From Macrostomum lignano (lineage: Eukaryota), in NCBI GenBank assembly GCA_002269645.1, contig NIVC01000815.1, forward strand, positions 172,080 to 236,079: a stretch of 64,000 nt of DNA. Reading direction: 5' to 3'. The position numbers and the translations under genes are program-made. A model generated the notes under the pieces. That model was not told where the DNA came from. It saw nothing but the letters and a program-made list of their open reading frames with translations, and made no database searches. Shown one piece after another: positions 50,963 to 64,000 of the stretch (the first letter of the stretch is position 1; each line of letters starts with the position of its first letter).

Positions 50963-53042
50963 TCTATCGGTGACAGCAGTTAATAAGAACTCCTTGAAAA
51001 AAAATTTCAATGTCATCAAATCTCAGAAATTCGTGTTGTTGGTGAGCCCGCCTCAATCCGCCTATCTAATATTTGGTTTCGAAATGCTAACTGTCTCACT
51101 ATTTTTGGACTAATTCTTCTGTGTAGAAAAATATACTTACTTTTGGAACATTTTCTCCAATATTTTCCGTTGCCATTATTTTGTATTTTTAGTGTACCTC
51201 ATTCTGGTTCAGTTGAGAGTTAGCTGTCTTATCTGTGTTAATTATTCCATCCACGCTTCTATTGTCTTGCAGATCTTTGTGTCACTATTATAAATAGAAC
51301 ATCGTGTTATATTTGCTTTTATTATAGAATTTGAATTAATTTTTCATTCAAGGGTATATCTAGATCGAAACAATACATATGAGATTATTGTGAGTTCATG
51401 AGATTACTTGAAATTTAAAAGCGTTAAAATTGTTTCAGTTCTTTGAGAATTCAGGATATTTAATCTCTTGCAAATGGTCTTTGTTTTGCATCGATTCTAC
51501 TGCAAATTGTCTTTGTTCTGTGTTGATTCTCTTGCAAATGGTCCTTGTTCTGCATTGATTCTCTTGCAAATGGTCTTTGTTCTGCATTGATTCTCTTGAA
51601 AAATGGCCTTTGTTCTGCATTGGTCCTACTGCAAATGGTCTTTGCTTCTCAAGGAAGCATCATTCACAATTTAAGTCGTGCACCTGTTACCAAAGTACAA
51701 GACTGAGAAGCCAGCCTTTGTCTGCTGTAAATTTTACGGAATTGTTGCGGTCTGGCGAGTCCAAGTGAACCTATAAAAATCTGCTAAATGCCTGCGTGGA
51801 AATGTCCTCAAAGTACTTTACCCACTGTGGTACGAGTGCACTCTGAGGCTCTTGCCTCGGCTGATTGCTCTGCCGCTGCATTTTCGATGACGCACAAAGG
51901 GGATTAGTAAGAGGAGAACGGGGAGAGGGGAAAGGGGAGAAAGGCAGAGCAGAGCTTAAAGGAAAACGAGGATTTGAACCGGAATAATTCTATTTATAGT
52001 CACTGCAACTGTTCTCAACTTGACTCGCATCTTCTTGAATATCTGCTTCGTCTGAAGCATCTTTTTGTGATGGCAAGGTATAATTAAAGAAGATTTGAAT
52101 GATTTAATAGATACGAGTAGATGATGGATAGATTGATAAGCCACCCAGCAGCCATTGAAGAAACTCGCTGTCTATCACGCCATAAGGTCGGTCGTGACGC
52201 ATGCAGCCCTGCTCTGTCTCAATCCAATCTGATCAGCTATGCAGTTGCGTGACAGATTCTTCACGGGCAAAGCGGCTGTGCGCAGCATAAAAGACGATTG
52301 CTGAAAGAAAAGTGCAAAAAAGTGAAAAGGAAGAAAAGAAAAGATGAGAGATTGTCTCCAATCTGGTAGATTAGCGCTCGTGAATGAGAATGCTTCTGTG
52401 TCGTATCGCGCGACTCAGCGGGTGTACATTGAGTACACTAGCTGTTTTATTTTTATCGATTGACTGACAATGCTTCATTGAGCGTGACTAGTGTGTGCGT
52501 TCTTTTAAAACCCTTGTGCTTTTATGCATCAATTATTCTTACGTTTGCTTGTACCAAAAATATAAAAGTCGTCTAGTGAGCTCAGAGCTCAATACTTTTG
52601 GTTTCTCGCACTAACCACTATAGAGCTGTTTTATTCTGTACTTCTTGAAGCCGCCTTTTGTACTTTTCGATGCTTTTCTGTCAGCGTGCGCTTCCTCAAG
52701 TTGAAAGATGGATTGCGCGTTTTCAATTTTTATAAATCTTTTTTTTCACTGGCTCGGCGATTGAAGGGGGTCATTGGGTCGAATAATGGATTGGTATTTT
52801 ATGATGTACTCGCAGGTACCTATGACTGTTCTTTACGTAATATTTGATTATTGGTAATTTTAACAAATTGGACTGAATATATTTTGTTTAAATAAGTGGA
52901 ATCGTATTTTATATTAGAAGCAATGCTTTTGTGAAAGGAGTGATTATCTGATTGTTTCTATGCAGTGAGCATGAATTGCCACTAAGATCATGGCGTTAAA
53001 ATCTCCAGTAGGGCGATGAGAGATTGTCACCAATCTGGTAGA

Positions 53043-53272
53043 TTAGACAGCCTGCTCTTCTTCATCCTCCTCGAATGCCTCCTCCTCGGCTGTGGCGTCC
53101 TGGTACTGCTGGTACTCGGAGATCAGATCGTTCATGTTGCTCTCGGCCTCCGTGAACTCCATCTCGTCCATGCCTTCGCCAGTGAACCAGTGCAGGAAGG
53201 CCTTGCGCCTGAACATGGCGGTGAACTGCTCGGAGATTCGGCGGAACAGCTCCTGGATGGCCGTGTTGTTGC
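53043..53272 (-). CDS. TUBB: Beta-tubulin, coding exon 4
   Basis: ggcag|GC AAC AAC ACG; [58 protein letters not shown] plus acidic tail, TAA. Total 444 aa. Confidence 0.96.
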
Positions 53273-53289
53273 CTGCCGGTGCGCGGGGG

Positions 53290-54425
53290 GCTCTAGCTTC
53301 GGCTCTAGCTGGCGGGACTGAGGCTCTCGGGCAGGGCGGGGAGGGAGGAGGGGCTCTGGGGCAGAGCGGGGAGGAAGGAGGGGCTCTGGGGAAGAGCGGG
53401 GAGAAAGAAGGGGCTCTGGGGAAGAGCGGGGAGAAGGAAGGGGCTCTGGGGAAGAGCGGGGAGGGAGGAAGGGGCTCTGGGGCAGAGCGGGGAGAAAGAA
53501 GGGGCTCTGGGGCAGAGCGGGGAGAAGGAAGGGGCTCTGGGGCAAAGTGGGGAGGGAGGGGGGCTCTGGGGCAGAGCGGGGAGGAAGGAGGGGCTCTGGG
53601 GCAGAGCGGGAAGAAGAAAGGGGCTCTGGGGAAGAGCGGGGAGGGAGGAAGGGGCTCTGGGGCAGAGCGGGGAGGGAGGAAGGGGCTCTGGGGCAGAGCG
53701 GGGAGAAGGAAGGGGCTCTGGGGCAGAGCGGGGAGAAGGAAGGGGCTCTGGGGCAGAGCGGGGAGAAGGAAGGGGCTCTGGGGCAGAGCGGGGAGAAGGA
53801 AGGGGCTCTGGGGCAGAGCGGGGAGAAAGAAGGGGCTCTGGGGCAGAGCGGGGAGAAGGAAGGGGCTCTGGGGCAAAGTGGGGAGGGAGGGGGGCTCTGG
53901 GGCAGAGCGGGGAGAAGGAAGGGGCTCTGGGCAGAGCGGGGAGAAAGAAGGGGCTCTGGGGCAGAGCGGGGAGAAGGAAGGGGCTCTGGGGCAAAGTGGG
54001 GAGGGAGGGGGGCTCTGGGGCAGAGCGGGGAGGAAGGAGGGGCTCTGGGGCAGAGCGGGGAGGAAGGAGGGGCTCTGGGGCAGAGCGGGAAGAAGGAAGG
54101 GGCTCTGGGGCAGAGCGGGGAGGAAGGAGGGGCTCTGGGGCAGAGCGGGGAGAAAGAAGGGGCTCTGGGGCAGAGCGGGGAGAAAGAAGGGGCTCTGGGG
54201 CAGAGCGGGGAGGAAGGAGGGGCTCTGGGGCAGAGCGGGGAGGAAGGAGGGGCTCTGGGGCAGAGCGGGGAGAAGGAAGGGGCTCTGGGGAAGAGCGCGG
54301 AAGAGGAAGGGGCTCTGGGGCAAAGCGGGGAGGGAGGAGGCGCTCTGGGGCAGAGCGGGAATCAAGGAGGGGCTCTGGGGCAGAGCGGTTTGGGAGGAGG
54401 CCGAGTGGGGAGGGAGAAAGGGCTT
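53290..54425. repeat. About 30-bp G-rich minisatellite (GGGGCAGAGCGGGGAGAAGGAAGGGGCTCT), tubulin intron 3
   Basis: Direct inspection. Confidence 0.93.
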
Positions 54426-54538
54426 TGGGGGCATCGAAAGTAATTGAGAAGGAAAGCATTAAAAAGCGGAAGGCTGTCTGTCTATGGAATTTGGCATCCT
54501 CTGTCTTGAAAATGAACAAAAGTGCGCCCCAGACCTAC

Positions 54539-55225
54539 CAATGAAAGTGACAGACATTTTGAGTCCCCTTGGAGGGACGTCGCACACAGCGGTCTTGACG
54601 CTGTTCGGTATCCATTCAACAAAGTACGAGCTGTTCTTATTCCTGGCATTGAGCAGCTGTTCCTCAACTTCCTTCATTGACATTCGGCCGCGGAAGACGG
54701 CAGCGACGGTGAGGTAGCGGCCGTGCCGGGGGTCGCACGCGGCCATCATGTTCTTGGCGTCGAACATCTGCTGTGTGAGCTCCGGGACAGTCAGGGCTCT
54801 GTACTGTGCACCGCCCCGGCTGGTCAGCGGAGCGAAGCCGGGCATGAAGAAGTGCAGCCGCGGGAACGGCACCAGATTCACGGCCAGCTTGCGCAGGTCG
54901 GCGTTCAGCTGACCAGGGAAACGGAAGCTGGTGGTGACGCCGGACATGGCGGCGCTCACCAGGTGGTTCAGATCGCCGTAGGTCGGCGTGCTCAGCTTCA
55001 GTGTGCGGAAGCAGATGTCGTACAGGGCCTCGTTGTCGATGCAGAACGTCTCGTCGCTGCTCTCGACCAGCTGGTGGACGGACAGGGTGGCGTTGTAGGG
55101 CTCGACAACCACCTCGGAGACTTTTGGCGAGGGCACCACGCTGAAGGTGTTCATGATGCGGTCGGGATACTCCTCCCGAATGCGGGACAATAGCAGCGTT
55201 CCCAGGCCCGAGCCGGTGCCACCGC
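54539..55225 (-). CDS. TUBB: Beta-tubulin, coding exon 3
   Basis: ccgcag|GC GGT GGC ACC (GGGTGSG motif); ...[20 protein letters not shown]...[16 protein letters not shown]...[10 protein letters not shown]|gtaggt. Confidence 0.96.
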
Positions 55226-55469
55226 CTGCGGTGTTTCAAACAGATTGCCACTGCTGAGTAATTAAAGCTGATAAATGTACGCAATGCTCTACTGACAGTA
55301 AGTAGAGCTGAGAAGTTTTTCAATTAAATGCATGTATCAATTGTATCTACACCATTGGGAACCGATTAATGCATTTGCAGATCTATGCGCCCAGTCTTTG
55401 CAAGACTATGGGACTATAGATCCCCGAGGATCTGCAGAAACTTGCGGAATTTTAGTGATATAAATCAGC

Positions 55470-55700
55470 AGAAGATCTATAAATAGAAATCTACTGAGAT
55501 ATACTGGTATGAATAGAAATCTACAGAGATATATAAATAGAAATCTACAAAGATCTATAAATAGAAATCTACAGAGATCTATAAATAGAAATCTACAGAG
55601 ATCTATAAATAGAAATCTACAGAGATCTATAAATAGAAATCTACTGAGATATGTAACTAGAAATCTACAGAGATATAAAAATAGAAATCTACAGAGACCT
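55470..55700. repeat. 24-bp minisatellite (TCTATAAATAGAAATCTACAGAGA), tubulin intron 2
   Basis: Direct inspection. Confidence 0.88.
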
Positions 55701-55795
55701 ATCCAGAACCTACTAGAATGCGTGAGGATTTTTAGACATCAACGGGATCAATTTGAACAATCCTTCCTCCAGCTCCCCCCTCGAGTCCCACTCAC

Positions 55796-56156
55796 CGAGC
55801 GAGTGGCACAACTGAAAGCCCTGCAGGCAGTCGCAGGCTTCGCTCTCCTTGCGCACCACATCAATGAGAGAGTCCACCAGCTCGGCACCCTCAGTGTAGT
55901 GACCCTTGGCCCAGTTGTTGCCGGCGCCGCTCTGGCCGAATACGAAATTGTCCGGCCGGAATAGCTGTCCGAACGGGCCAGACCGGACACTGTCCATGGT
56001 GCCGGGCTCCAGGTCTACTAGAACTGACCGCGGAACATATCGACCGCCTGCGGCTTCGTTATAATAAACATTGATGCGCTCCAGCTGCAGGTCCGAGTCT
56101 CCGTGGTAGGCGCCGCTCTGGTCTATGCCGTGCTCGTCTGAGATCACCTCCCAGAA
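55796..56156 (-). CDS. TUBB: Beta-tubulin, coding exon 2
   Basis: acgccag|TTC TGG GAG; [12 protein letters not shown]...[46 protein letters not shown]...HSL G|gtgagt. Confidence 0.96.
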
Positions 56157-56195
56157 CTGGCGTTGGGGATCGGGGATAGGGATTTAAGTTGATTG

Positions 56196-56809
56196 CCGAT
56201 AGACAGTTCCCGATAGACAGTTCCCGATAGACAGTTCCCGATAGACAGTTCCCGATAGACAGTTCCCGATAGACAGTTCCCGATAGACAGTTCCCGATAG
56301 ACAGTTCCCGATAGACAGTTCCCGATAGACAGTTCCCGATAGACAGTTCCCGATAGACAGTTCCCGATAGACAGTTCCCGATAGACAGTTCCCGATAGAC
56401 AGTTCCCGATAGACAGTTCCCGATAGACAGTTCCCGATAGACAGTTCCCGATAGACAGTTCCCGATAGACAGTTCCCGATAGACAGTTCCCCATAGACAG
56501 TTCCCCATAGACAGTTCCCGATAGACAGTTCCCGATAGACAGTTCCCGATAGACAGTTCCCGATAGACAGTTCCCGATAGACAGTTCCCGATAGACAGTT
56601 CCCGATAGACAGTTCCCGATAGACAGTTCCCGATAGACAGTTCCCGATAGACAGTTCCCGATAGACAGTTCCCGATAGACAGTTCCCGATAGACAGTTCC
56701 CGATAGACAGTTCCCGATAGACAGTTCCCGATAGACAGTTCCCCATAGACAGTTCCCCATAGACAGTTCCCCATAGACAGTTCCCCATAGACAGTTCCCC
56801 ATAGACAGT
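56196..56809. repeat. 14-bp minisatellite (GATAGACAGTTCCC), about 44 copies, tubulin intron 1
   Basis: Direct inspection. Confidence 0.96.
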
Positions 56810-56817
56810 CAACTCAC

Positions 56818-56874
56818 CTTCGATCCAATCTGGTTTCCGCACTGACCAACCTGAATGTGCACAATTTCTCTCAT
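56818..56874 (-). CDS. TUBB: Beta-tubulin, coding exon 1
   Basis: MREIVHIQVGQCGNQIGSK|gtgagt. Carries the MREI motif and the intron after codon 19 typical of animal beta-tubulins. Confidence 0.95.
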
Positions 56875-57146
56875 GCTGCCGTTACGATCTATTGCTTTCA
56901 AGTCAAATAAAATTAAAAAAGACGCCCTCGATAAAAGACGCGCAATGCCCGAAGTGGTTTGTTTGTGCTTCACGAAGCATTTGAGAATTATATTTATGCA
57001 TGTGATAGCAATCAAAGTCCACAGAGGTGCAATATACAGAGAGACAGAGAGGTGCACAGAAACGATAGGGAAAATTGGGCTCAGCACGAGGCTATTTCAA
57101 CAAAAGTACCCAAGCCCCCTGTACCTGCGCTTCGATAAGCTTGCTG

Positions 57147-57265
57147 ACTCACCAGCCGACTGACTTGCCTCAGCGATAAGCGAACCGATAGAAGGGAGGG
57201 GCTGACCCGAGCATGCGGTGCGGCTCGCCTGGGCTCACTGGGTGACGCATCGGGCGGGGCCTCCC
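57147..57265 (-). promoter_or_regulatory. Probable tubulin promoter and non-coding first exon
   Basis: Donor CTG|GTGAGT at 57152, GC box GGGCGGGGC at 57253-57261, and AG acceptor candidates just before the ATG. Confidence 0.35.
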
Positions 57266-57293
57266 ATGACTGTTGCCTGTTTTATGCCTACTA

Positions 57294-57419
<126 letters not shown>

Positions 57420-60400
57420 GCTTTTTGTTTCATGATGCTTCTCTTATGTTTTACATGGCGCTTGTTTTATGTTACATGGCGCTTCTTTTATGTATTACAT
57501 GACGCTTCTTTTATGTATTACATGACGCTTCTTTTATGTATTACATGACTCTTATTTTATTTTTATATGATGTTTCTTTTTTTATTCGACAAGTCGCCTC
57601 CTTTTTCTTGTTCTATCTTTAGCTATATACTAGACCTAAATATATAGCGACAGTCACGAGGGTAATCAAGCGAACCAATCAAAGGAATGAAAACGCATTT
57701 GGATAAAGTCAAAGCGGATACAGAATAGGTCTGCATCTAAATGTATTTACGATTTAATGCGAAATGCGAGATTTGAATTCTACAAATTTGATGCAGAAGT
57801 GTGAGTCACTTATAAATACATGAGCTAAATATAGCAGGATTCTGATCAAGACAGGACACAGATGGATTAAAAACATTTATTCACGAATATTATTGCAATA
57901 CAAGGGTTTGCAGAGGCAATATACAATGCAATAGCACAAGATGCCGAACATGAACTATATCGTTGTTAAAGACCGGAGAAGTACTAATATTGAAACAAAA
58001 TTTTATTGTTTATTCAATAATGAGCAACGTTATACAACAAAAAAGATTTTGCCTATGCAGAAAAAAAGTTTCATTGATAGGTTTTTTATTTTTCTTTAAC
58101 ATTTCCGGCAGCAATGTTTCGGGATAAATAAATGCAGCTAATGTTTAAATGTTTCCATTAGAGAAACTGGGCTGGGTAGTTCTCAAATTAAGGTCATGAT
58201 GTTTTGGTACAGAAAAAAAGTTTTTGAATAAAGTAATTATTTTGCAAAAACGATTCTTTCGTCAATTTAATTAAGAAACTGCCGTTAAAACCACAAGAAA
58301 CCAAATATTTAAGACGAAATCTAGCAATTTGTTATTTTTCGCAACGGAAAATAAAACGACCAAAAATTGTGAAATAATGCAAGTTTTCTTTTATTTTTTA
58401 TAAATAAGATACATTTTTATTTTATGTTTACTATTTAATAAGTATTATTTCAATAGAAAATATTATTTTTAAATCAGCATTTTGTTTTTTTCGTCTAAAT
58501 TGCTTGTATTTAAAATTATCGCGTAACAAGAAACACCCGAAATAATTGATATTGTACCACTCAAGAACTTAATTATTGTACTTAACACTGAAATATGAAG
58601 CTTAAAATCTACAAAACTGGTTTAGCTAAAAATTAGGCTTGCAAAATATGTCTTTTAAAGCATTAAAAGTTCTTTGAATTAGAAATATATAGTAAATGAG
58701 CTAGGAAGCCATTTCTTTTAAAACCTAAAATACATGTATCTTTTTTTCGAACAGACTTGCGTTTTTTTGAAAAAGAATTCAGCAAGCATTTATATTCTGC
58801 AACATAGCTTTAATACTATTTTACTATTTTACAATACTATTTTCTTATGTAATTAGGCTGCATAACTACTAAAAGAACAGAGCCATAAATTTAAATTAAA
58901 TACTTTGGTCTTGGTAAGTTGGCCTATTACAGACGTCTGACTTGGCAGCCACATGGATCACTGCAATTGCTCTGGCGAACCTCTGTAATCAATTCTGGCC
59001 CTGCACTAGCTGTCATGCTCGGTATACAATTCGTCTCATTTGATAAATTACGTCGATGCCTGCAGAACTAACCACATCCAAAGGACCGCTGCACATCTTA
59101 GCATTGTGGCACATACAATGATGCTGGTGTTCTGGCAGAGAAACAGGTAAAAGTGCAGCAAATGGCATTACATATCCGTCCGAGATGTGTGCAGTTTACA
59201 GTGCTTTAGCCAATTGGGTCAGTAGAATTAAATCGATCACATTAGAATAAAAGTAGATGTTCGCTGTACATGTAACAAACCAATAGCAAGACACTATTGG
59301 ATTTCTTTCCCTTCTACTGATGCTCGTACATCAGATGGCTGTCTCCACAGGCCACAGCTCATCGCATTCTCTGTTTATCGCCGCTTCAGTGCTGTCAGCC
59401 GCACTTAACTGTGTCCGGCCTCGGTATATATAGAGTCAGTCCCAATGGAAAATCATCATCTAAAACATATCTAAAGCGTAATTGTCAATCGAAGAGTAAA
59501 TATAAAATATAGTATGTCTGTTATGGGACTGCCATGACTAATCTGTTAAACACTTCACAAATTCGTGTGGCAGCACTCTGTAGAGATTCCATCTTTCTGT
59601 ACCATATTTAATATTACATTGCCAGCATCAATGGCAATTAAGTTTTTTCTTTTATCTTTTTTTTTGTTAGTAGCTATATGCATCCAAAGGTGCAAAGTAT
59701 CAACTGAATGTTTAAGTTGCTACATGTATATCTTTAATGAAGTGCAGCACATATGAGAATGAATTTAATGTTTCAAAGAAATTAATTTTTGTGCTTCAGA
59801 CAGATAATTTCATTGATAATAAATCAGATGCAAAATTGTTTTAATACTATTTCTTGACTGATCAAATCATGCAACTTTTTTATTATTCGTTACTCTTATT
59901 TTCTTTTCAGTTTCTACTACCTCTTGTTTTGACTCATTATGTTTACTTGTAACTTACAATACAAATTTTAAATCAGTTAAAAAATTTTTTGAGTGAAAAC
60001 AACAAAAAACGACTGTTTTTAAGAGAAAAATAGTCGATTTTATCTACATAAATCAAATTCTGTTTGTTCTGACTAACATACGCTCGTATTGGGTGATCAA
60101 TAGCAAAAATTCATCTAAATACATAAAAAAACATCCAAAAAACCTAACAATGTGCTGAGAAAATTTTTTTTCATAACTAGATTGAAGGTGTGCCACCTTA
60201 GCAGGTCGAAGTGCATTAATTGCTCAATATTTCGAAATTATTTTTGATTTCTTTGAGTACAGTTTTGCAACACATAAAACCCTAAAAATGTTAAACTATT
60301 GTAAACTACTTAGATGCTACGTATTTTAGTTACATATGTCCTATGTGACTAATTAATTATAATTTACCATTCATTAATTTTTTAATCACAAAGTTCTATT

Positions 60401-61194
60401 AAATAGACTCAAAAAATCAAACTGAGACACATGAATTAACATCATATACTAAGGTCCAAGAAATAATACTCATAATAAATATCTTGGACATTTGGACTTA
60501 CGAAAAATAATCTTGCAATTAACAACGAAATTAGTTAAAAAAATTTTCGCCGCTCCGATTCTGTTCACTGTAATTTGAAATGAGATTTTCCTAGAAATTC
60601 AGCATTTCAAATGTACAGTTTAACGCCCACAGGTACGTGAAACCACCGGATGCGACTTTGCAGTGAAATGCTTTGCCATTTGATACAAGTTACCCAACAT
60701 TAGGTAGCCTGATCATTTAGCTAAATCCATAATTAGGCACAGCAGCTTTCAAAACTCCGAAAAAACGAATTAATCAATAAATATGTAAACTATTATATGA
60801 GAAAAATACTGCCGTGTCTAAAACAAAAAGCGTCGAGCATTTAACTAACCTCACACAGTGCAATGAGAATTAAAAACATATTTTTATGGAAACTTTACAC
60901 CATTTTTTACACTGTAAATTTTTTTACACTGTGAAAGGTTAATCAATGCTACTCACACTTTTAGGGACTTTCACTGCACATTTTGTGGGCGGTGCTGCGC
61001 GCAATAATAGTTTCGCAAATTTGTATCAAAACCGCCAAACGGCAAACATGCGCGCAGTACCCACTCAATAGAGTGTTCGTTTTTGGAAAGAATATTTAAA
61101 TTGTAACTCGAGCAGACATTAGCTTTTTAAGTGCTTTGCTTATGAGAATTCAGCAGCCACTGCAACGCAAATTACGCAATTTATCGTAAATAAT

Positions 61195-64000
61195 TGGATG
61201 GTTGTTGACTGGACGTATGGTTGTGACTGGATTGTTGCTGACTGGATGGTTGCTGACTGGATGGACGGTTGCTGACTGGATGGTTGCTGACTGGACGTAT
61301 GGTTGTGACTGGATTGTTGCTGACTGGAATGGTTGCTGACTGGACGGATGGTTGCTGACTGGATGGTTGCTGACTGGACGTATGGTTGTGACTGGATTGT
61401 TGCTGACTGGATGGTTGCTAACTGGATGGACGGTTGCTCACTGGATGGCTGCTGACTCGATGGCTGCTGACTAGATGGCTGCTGACTGGATGGTTGCTGA
61501 CTGGATGTATGGTTGTGACTGGATTGTTGCTGACTGGATTGTTGCTGACTGGATGGACTGTTGTTGACTGGATGGTTGCTGACTGGATGGATGTTTGCTG
61601 ACTGGATGGTTGCTGACTGGATGGTTGCTGACTGGATGGTCGCTGACTGGATGGTTGTTGACTGGATGGGTGCTGACTGGATGGATGGTTGCTGACTGGA
61701 TGGATGTTTGCTGACTGGATGGCTGCTGACAGGATGGCTGCTGACTGGATGGTTGCTGACTGGACGGTTGCTGACTCGATGGATGGTTGCTGACTAGATG
61801 GTTGCTGCCTGGATGGTTTCCGACTGGATGGATGTTTGCTGACTGGATGGTTGCTGACTGGACGGATGGTTGTGACTGGATTGTTGCTGACTGGATGGAC
61901 GGTTGCTGACTGGATGGTTGCTGACTGGATGGTTGCTGACTGGATGGTTGCTGACTGGATTGTTCCTGACTGGATTGTTGCTGACTGGACGGACGGTTGC
62001 TGACTGGATGGTTGCTGACTGGATGTATGGTTGTGACTGGATTGTTGCTGACTGGATTGTTGCTGACTGGATGGACGGTTGCTGACTGGATGGTTGCTGA
62101 CTGGATGTATGGTTGTGACTGGATTGTTGCTGACTGGATGGATGGTTGCTGACTGGATGGACTGTTGTTGACTGGATGGTTGCTGACTGGATGGATGTTT
62201 GCTGACTGGATGGTTGCTGACTGGATGGTTGCTGACTGGATGGTTGCTGACTGGATGGTCGCTGACTGGATGGTTGTTGACTGGATGGTTGCTGACTGGA
62301 TGGACGGTTGTTGACTGGATGGTTGCTGACTGGATGGATGATTGCTGACTGGATGGTTGCTGACTGGACGGTTGCTGACTGGATGGATGGTTGCTGACTG
62401 GATAGTTGCTGACTGGATGGACGGTTGCTGACTGGATTGTTGCTGACTGGATTGTTGCTGACTGGATGGACGGTTGCTGACTGGATGGTTGCTGACTGGA
62501 TGTATGGTTGTGACTGGATTGTTGCTGACTGGATTGTTGCTGACTGGATTGTTGCTGACTGGATTGTTGCTGACTGGATGATTGGTTGCTGACTTGATGG
62601 ACTGTTGTTGACTGGATGGTTGCTGACTGGATGGATGTTTGCTGACTGGATGGTTGCTGACTGGATGGTTGCTGACTGGATGGTCGCTGACTGGATGGTT
62701 GTTGACTGGATGGGTGCTGACTGGATGGACGGTTGCTGACTGGATGGCTGCTGACTGGATGGCTGCTGACAGGATGGCTGCTGACTGGATGGTTGCTGAC
62801 TGGACGGATGGTTGCTGACTGGATGGTTGCTAACTGGATGGACGGTTGCTCACTGGATGGCTGCTGACTCGATGGCTGCTGACTAGATGGCTGCTGACTG
62901 GATGGTTGCTGACTGGATGTATGGTTGTGACTGGATTGTTGCTGACTGGATTGTTGCTGACTGGATGGACTGTTGTTGACTGGATGGTTGCTGACTGGAT
63001 GGATGTTTGCTGACTGGATGGTTGCTGACTGGATGGTTGCTGACTGGATGGTCGCTGACTGGATGGTTGTTGACTGGATGGGTGCTGACTGGATGGATGG
63101 TTGCTGACTGGATGGATGTTTGCTGACTGGATGGCTGCTGACAGGATGGCTGCTGACTGGATGGTTGCTGACTGGACGGTTGCTGACTCGATGGATGGTT
63201 GCTGACTAGATGGTTGCTGCCTGGATGGTTTCCGACTGGATGGATGTTTGCTGACTGGATGGTTGCTGACTGGACGGATGGTTGTGACTGGATTGTTGCT
63301 GACTGGATGGACGGTTGCTGACTGGATGGTTGCTGACTGGATGGTTGCTGACTGGATTGTTCCTGACTGGATTGTTGCTGACTGGATGGACGGTTGCTGA
63401 CTGGATGGTTGCTGACTGGATGTATGGTTGTGACTGGATTGTTGCTGACTGGATTGTTGCTGACTGGATGGACGGTTGCTGACTGGATGGTTGCTGACTG
63501 GATGTATGGTTGTGACTGGATTGTTGCTGACTGGATGGATGGTTGCTGACTGGATGGACTGTTGTTGACTGGATGGTTGCTGACTGGATGGATGTTTGCT
63601 GACTGGATGGTTGCTGACTGGATGGTTGCTGACTGGATGGTTGCTGACTGGATGGTCGCTGACTGGATGGTTGTTGACTGGATGGTTGCTGACTGGATGG
63701 ACGGTTGTTGACTGGATGGTTGCTGACTGGATGGATGATTGCTGACTGGATGGTTGCTGACTGGACGGTTGCTGACTGGATGGATGGTTGCTGACTGGAT
63801 AGTTGCTGACTGGATGGACGGTTGCTGACTGGATTGTTGCTGACTGGATTGTTGCTGACTGGATGGACGGTTGCTGACTGGATGGTTGCTGACTGGATGT
63901 ATGGTTGTGACTGGATTGTTGCTGACTGGATTGTTGCTGACTGGATTGTTGCTGACTGGATGATTGGTTGCTGACTTGATGGACTGTTGTTGACTGGATG
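61195..64000. repeat. 15/19-bp satellite (GACTGGATGGTTGCT variants) with about 1.4-kb higher-order duplication; runs off the window end
   Basis: Direct inspection; diagnostic variants recur at offsets of about 1412 and 1382 bp. Confidence 0.95.

Overview
Eukaryotic (metazoan) genomic DNA. It has GC-rich exons with poly-Ala/Gln tracts, GT-AG introns, and roughly 25 different mini/microsatellite arrays. The style resembles the flatworm Macrostomum lignano (inference only). Four genes can be reconstructed by hand: a 5-exon ZFHX/zfh2-type zinc-finger homeobox gene (minus, 9952-28210), an intronless SNF8/Vps22 ESCRT-II gene (minus, 32265-33010), a 2-exon FoxO (plus, 40695-47528) and a 4-exon divergent beta-tubulin (minus, 53043-56874). 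ZFHX and SNF8 each need one extra base in a 3-base homopolymer to stay in frame. A THAP-domain ORF is nested in ZFHX intron 1. Also present are a tRNA-derived SINE, hAT-type MITE fragments and an inverted pair of Penelope-type minimal hammerhead ribozymes just upstream of SNF8. Most ORFs in the supplied track are artefacts of tandem repeats or antisense shadows. The most notable observations are: (1) a minisatellite in the FoxO intron carrying 36 tandem forkhead cores (TGTTTAC); (2) the hammerhead pair at the SNF8 5' end; (3) the THAP ORF, which has phase-0/phase-0 splice sites that would let it splice in frame into ZFHX; (4) a sharply bounded CpG desert upstream of FoxO; (5) introns that are almost entirely minisatellite.
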